The notes beneath the pieces are model-generated. The model was not told where the DNA came from. It did no database searches and saw nothing but the letters and a program-made list of their open reading frames with translations. 64,000 nt of DNA from the human T2T-CHM13v2.0 reference genome, Homo sapiens. Position numbers and translations under genes: made by a program. Shown here in pieces: positions 63,243 to 64,000 of the stretch. Each line of letters begins with the position of its first letter. Positions within the stretch are counted from its first letter, which is position 1. The stretch lies in assembly GCF_009914755.1 (NCBI RefSeq), contig NC_060925.1. One strand, 5' to 3'.

Positions 63243-63334
63243 TTGTTTTATATATATTTAAATTGTTCTTTAATAAAATATTTTACCTAACAAAAATTCT
63301 GTGGAAGCCAAAGCAGTGGTAGTTATTATCTTTG

Positions 63335-64000
63335 TGATAACAGTTTTATTGAGATATAATATACATACCATACAATTTAAGTATACGTTTATACATATAC
63401 AATTTAAAGTATACAATTCAGTGGTTTTAAGTATATTCACAGAGTTCTACAACCATCACCACAATCAATTTCAGAATATTTCATCACTCCAAAAAGATAG
63501 TTGTATCTGTAGCCACCACCCCTAATCCTCTCATCTTTCTTATCCCTAGACAACCATTAGTCTACTTTCTATTGCTATAGATTTGCCATACTGAACATTT
63601 AATATAAATGGAATGATAACAATATATGGCCTTTTGTGTCTGGCTTCTTTCACTTAACAATGTTTTCAAGGTTCATCCATGCTGTAGCACAAATCAGTAC
63701 TTCATTTCTTTTTATGGCTGAATAATATTCCATTGTATAAATATGTCACATTTTGTTTATGCAATCATCAATTGAGAGAGATTTGGATTAATTCCACATA
63801 TTTTTGGCCATTATGAATAATGCTATTCATATGGCTATATGGCTGTTATGAATAATATTATAAAAATTCATTTGCAAATTGGGACATCTAGTTCCTCCCC
63901 CAGTATTCGCCAGCTGGTATATAGGGATGTGGCCTTCAGACATTTGAACTTGGGTCTTCATTTCTCTTGGGTATATACCTAGGAGTGAAATGACTGGGTC
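63335..64000 (-). mobile_element. L1MB-type 3' end
   Basis: ttttattgagatataat...tctggcttctttcacttaacaatgttttcaaggttcatccatg. Confidence 0.85.

Overview
Primate genomic DNA, most likely human chr1p22, recognised from the encoded proteins. It holds two complete three-exon genes on the minus strand, each with a CpG-island promoter. C1orf52 (182 aa) has its CDS at 36752-36477, 35841-35643 and 29802-29729. BCL10 (233 aa, CARD adaptor) has its CDS at 53468-53412, 48025-47737 and 45101-44746. The BCL10 promoter looks bidirectional, with a strong plus-strand splice donor suggesting a divergent lncRNA. The rest is repeat-rich: about 35 Alus, a 5'-truncated L1, a full LTR-internal-LTR THE1B, solo LTRs (MER52A, MSTB, LTR18-like, MER21, MLT1), hAT MITEs (MER1A, MER53, MER107), L2/MIR and a Y1 RNA retrocopy. 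I see no convincing new multi-gene system. The best leads are a perfect 36-bp inverted repeat about 9 kb upstream of BCL10, a PTC-containing cassette exon in C1orf52 intron 1, a THE1B LTR poly(A) signal that C1orf52 may use, and an apparent gene-conversion tract between inverted Alus. Repeat subfamily names come from recalled consensus sequences, not a search, and repeat boundaries without a stated TSD are approximate.
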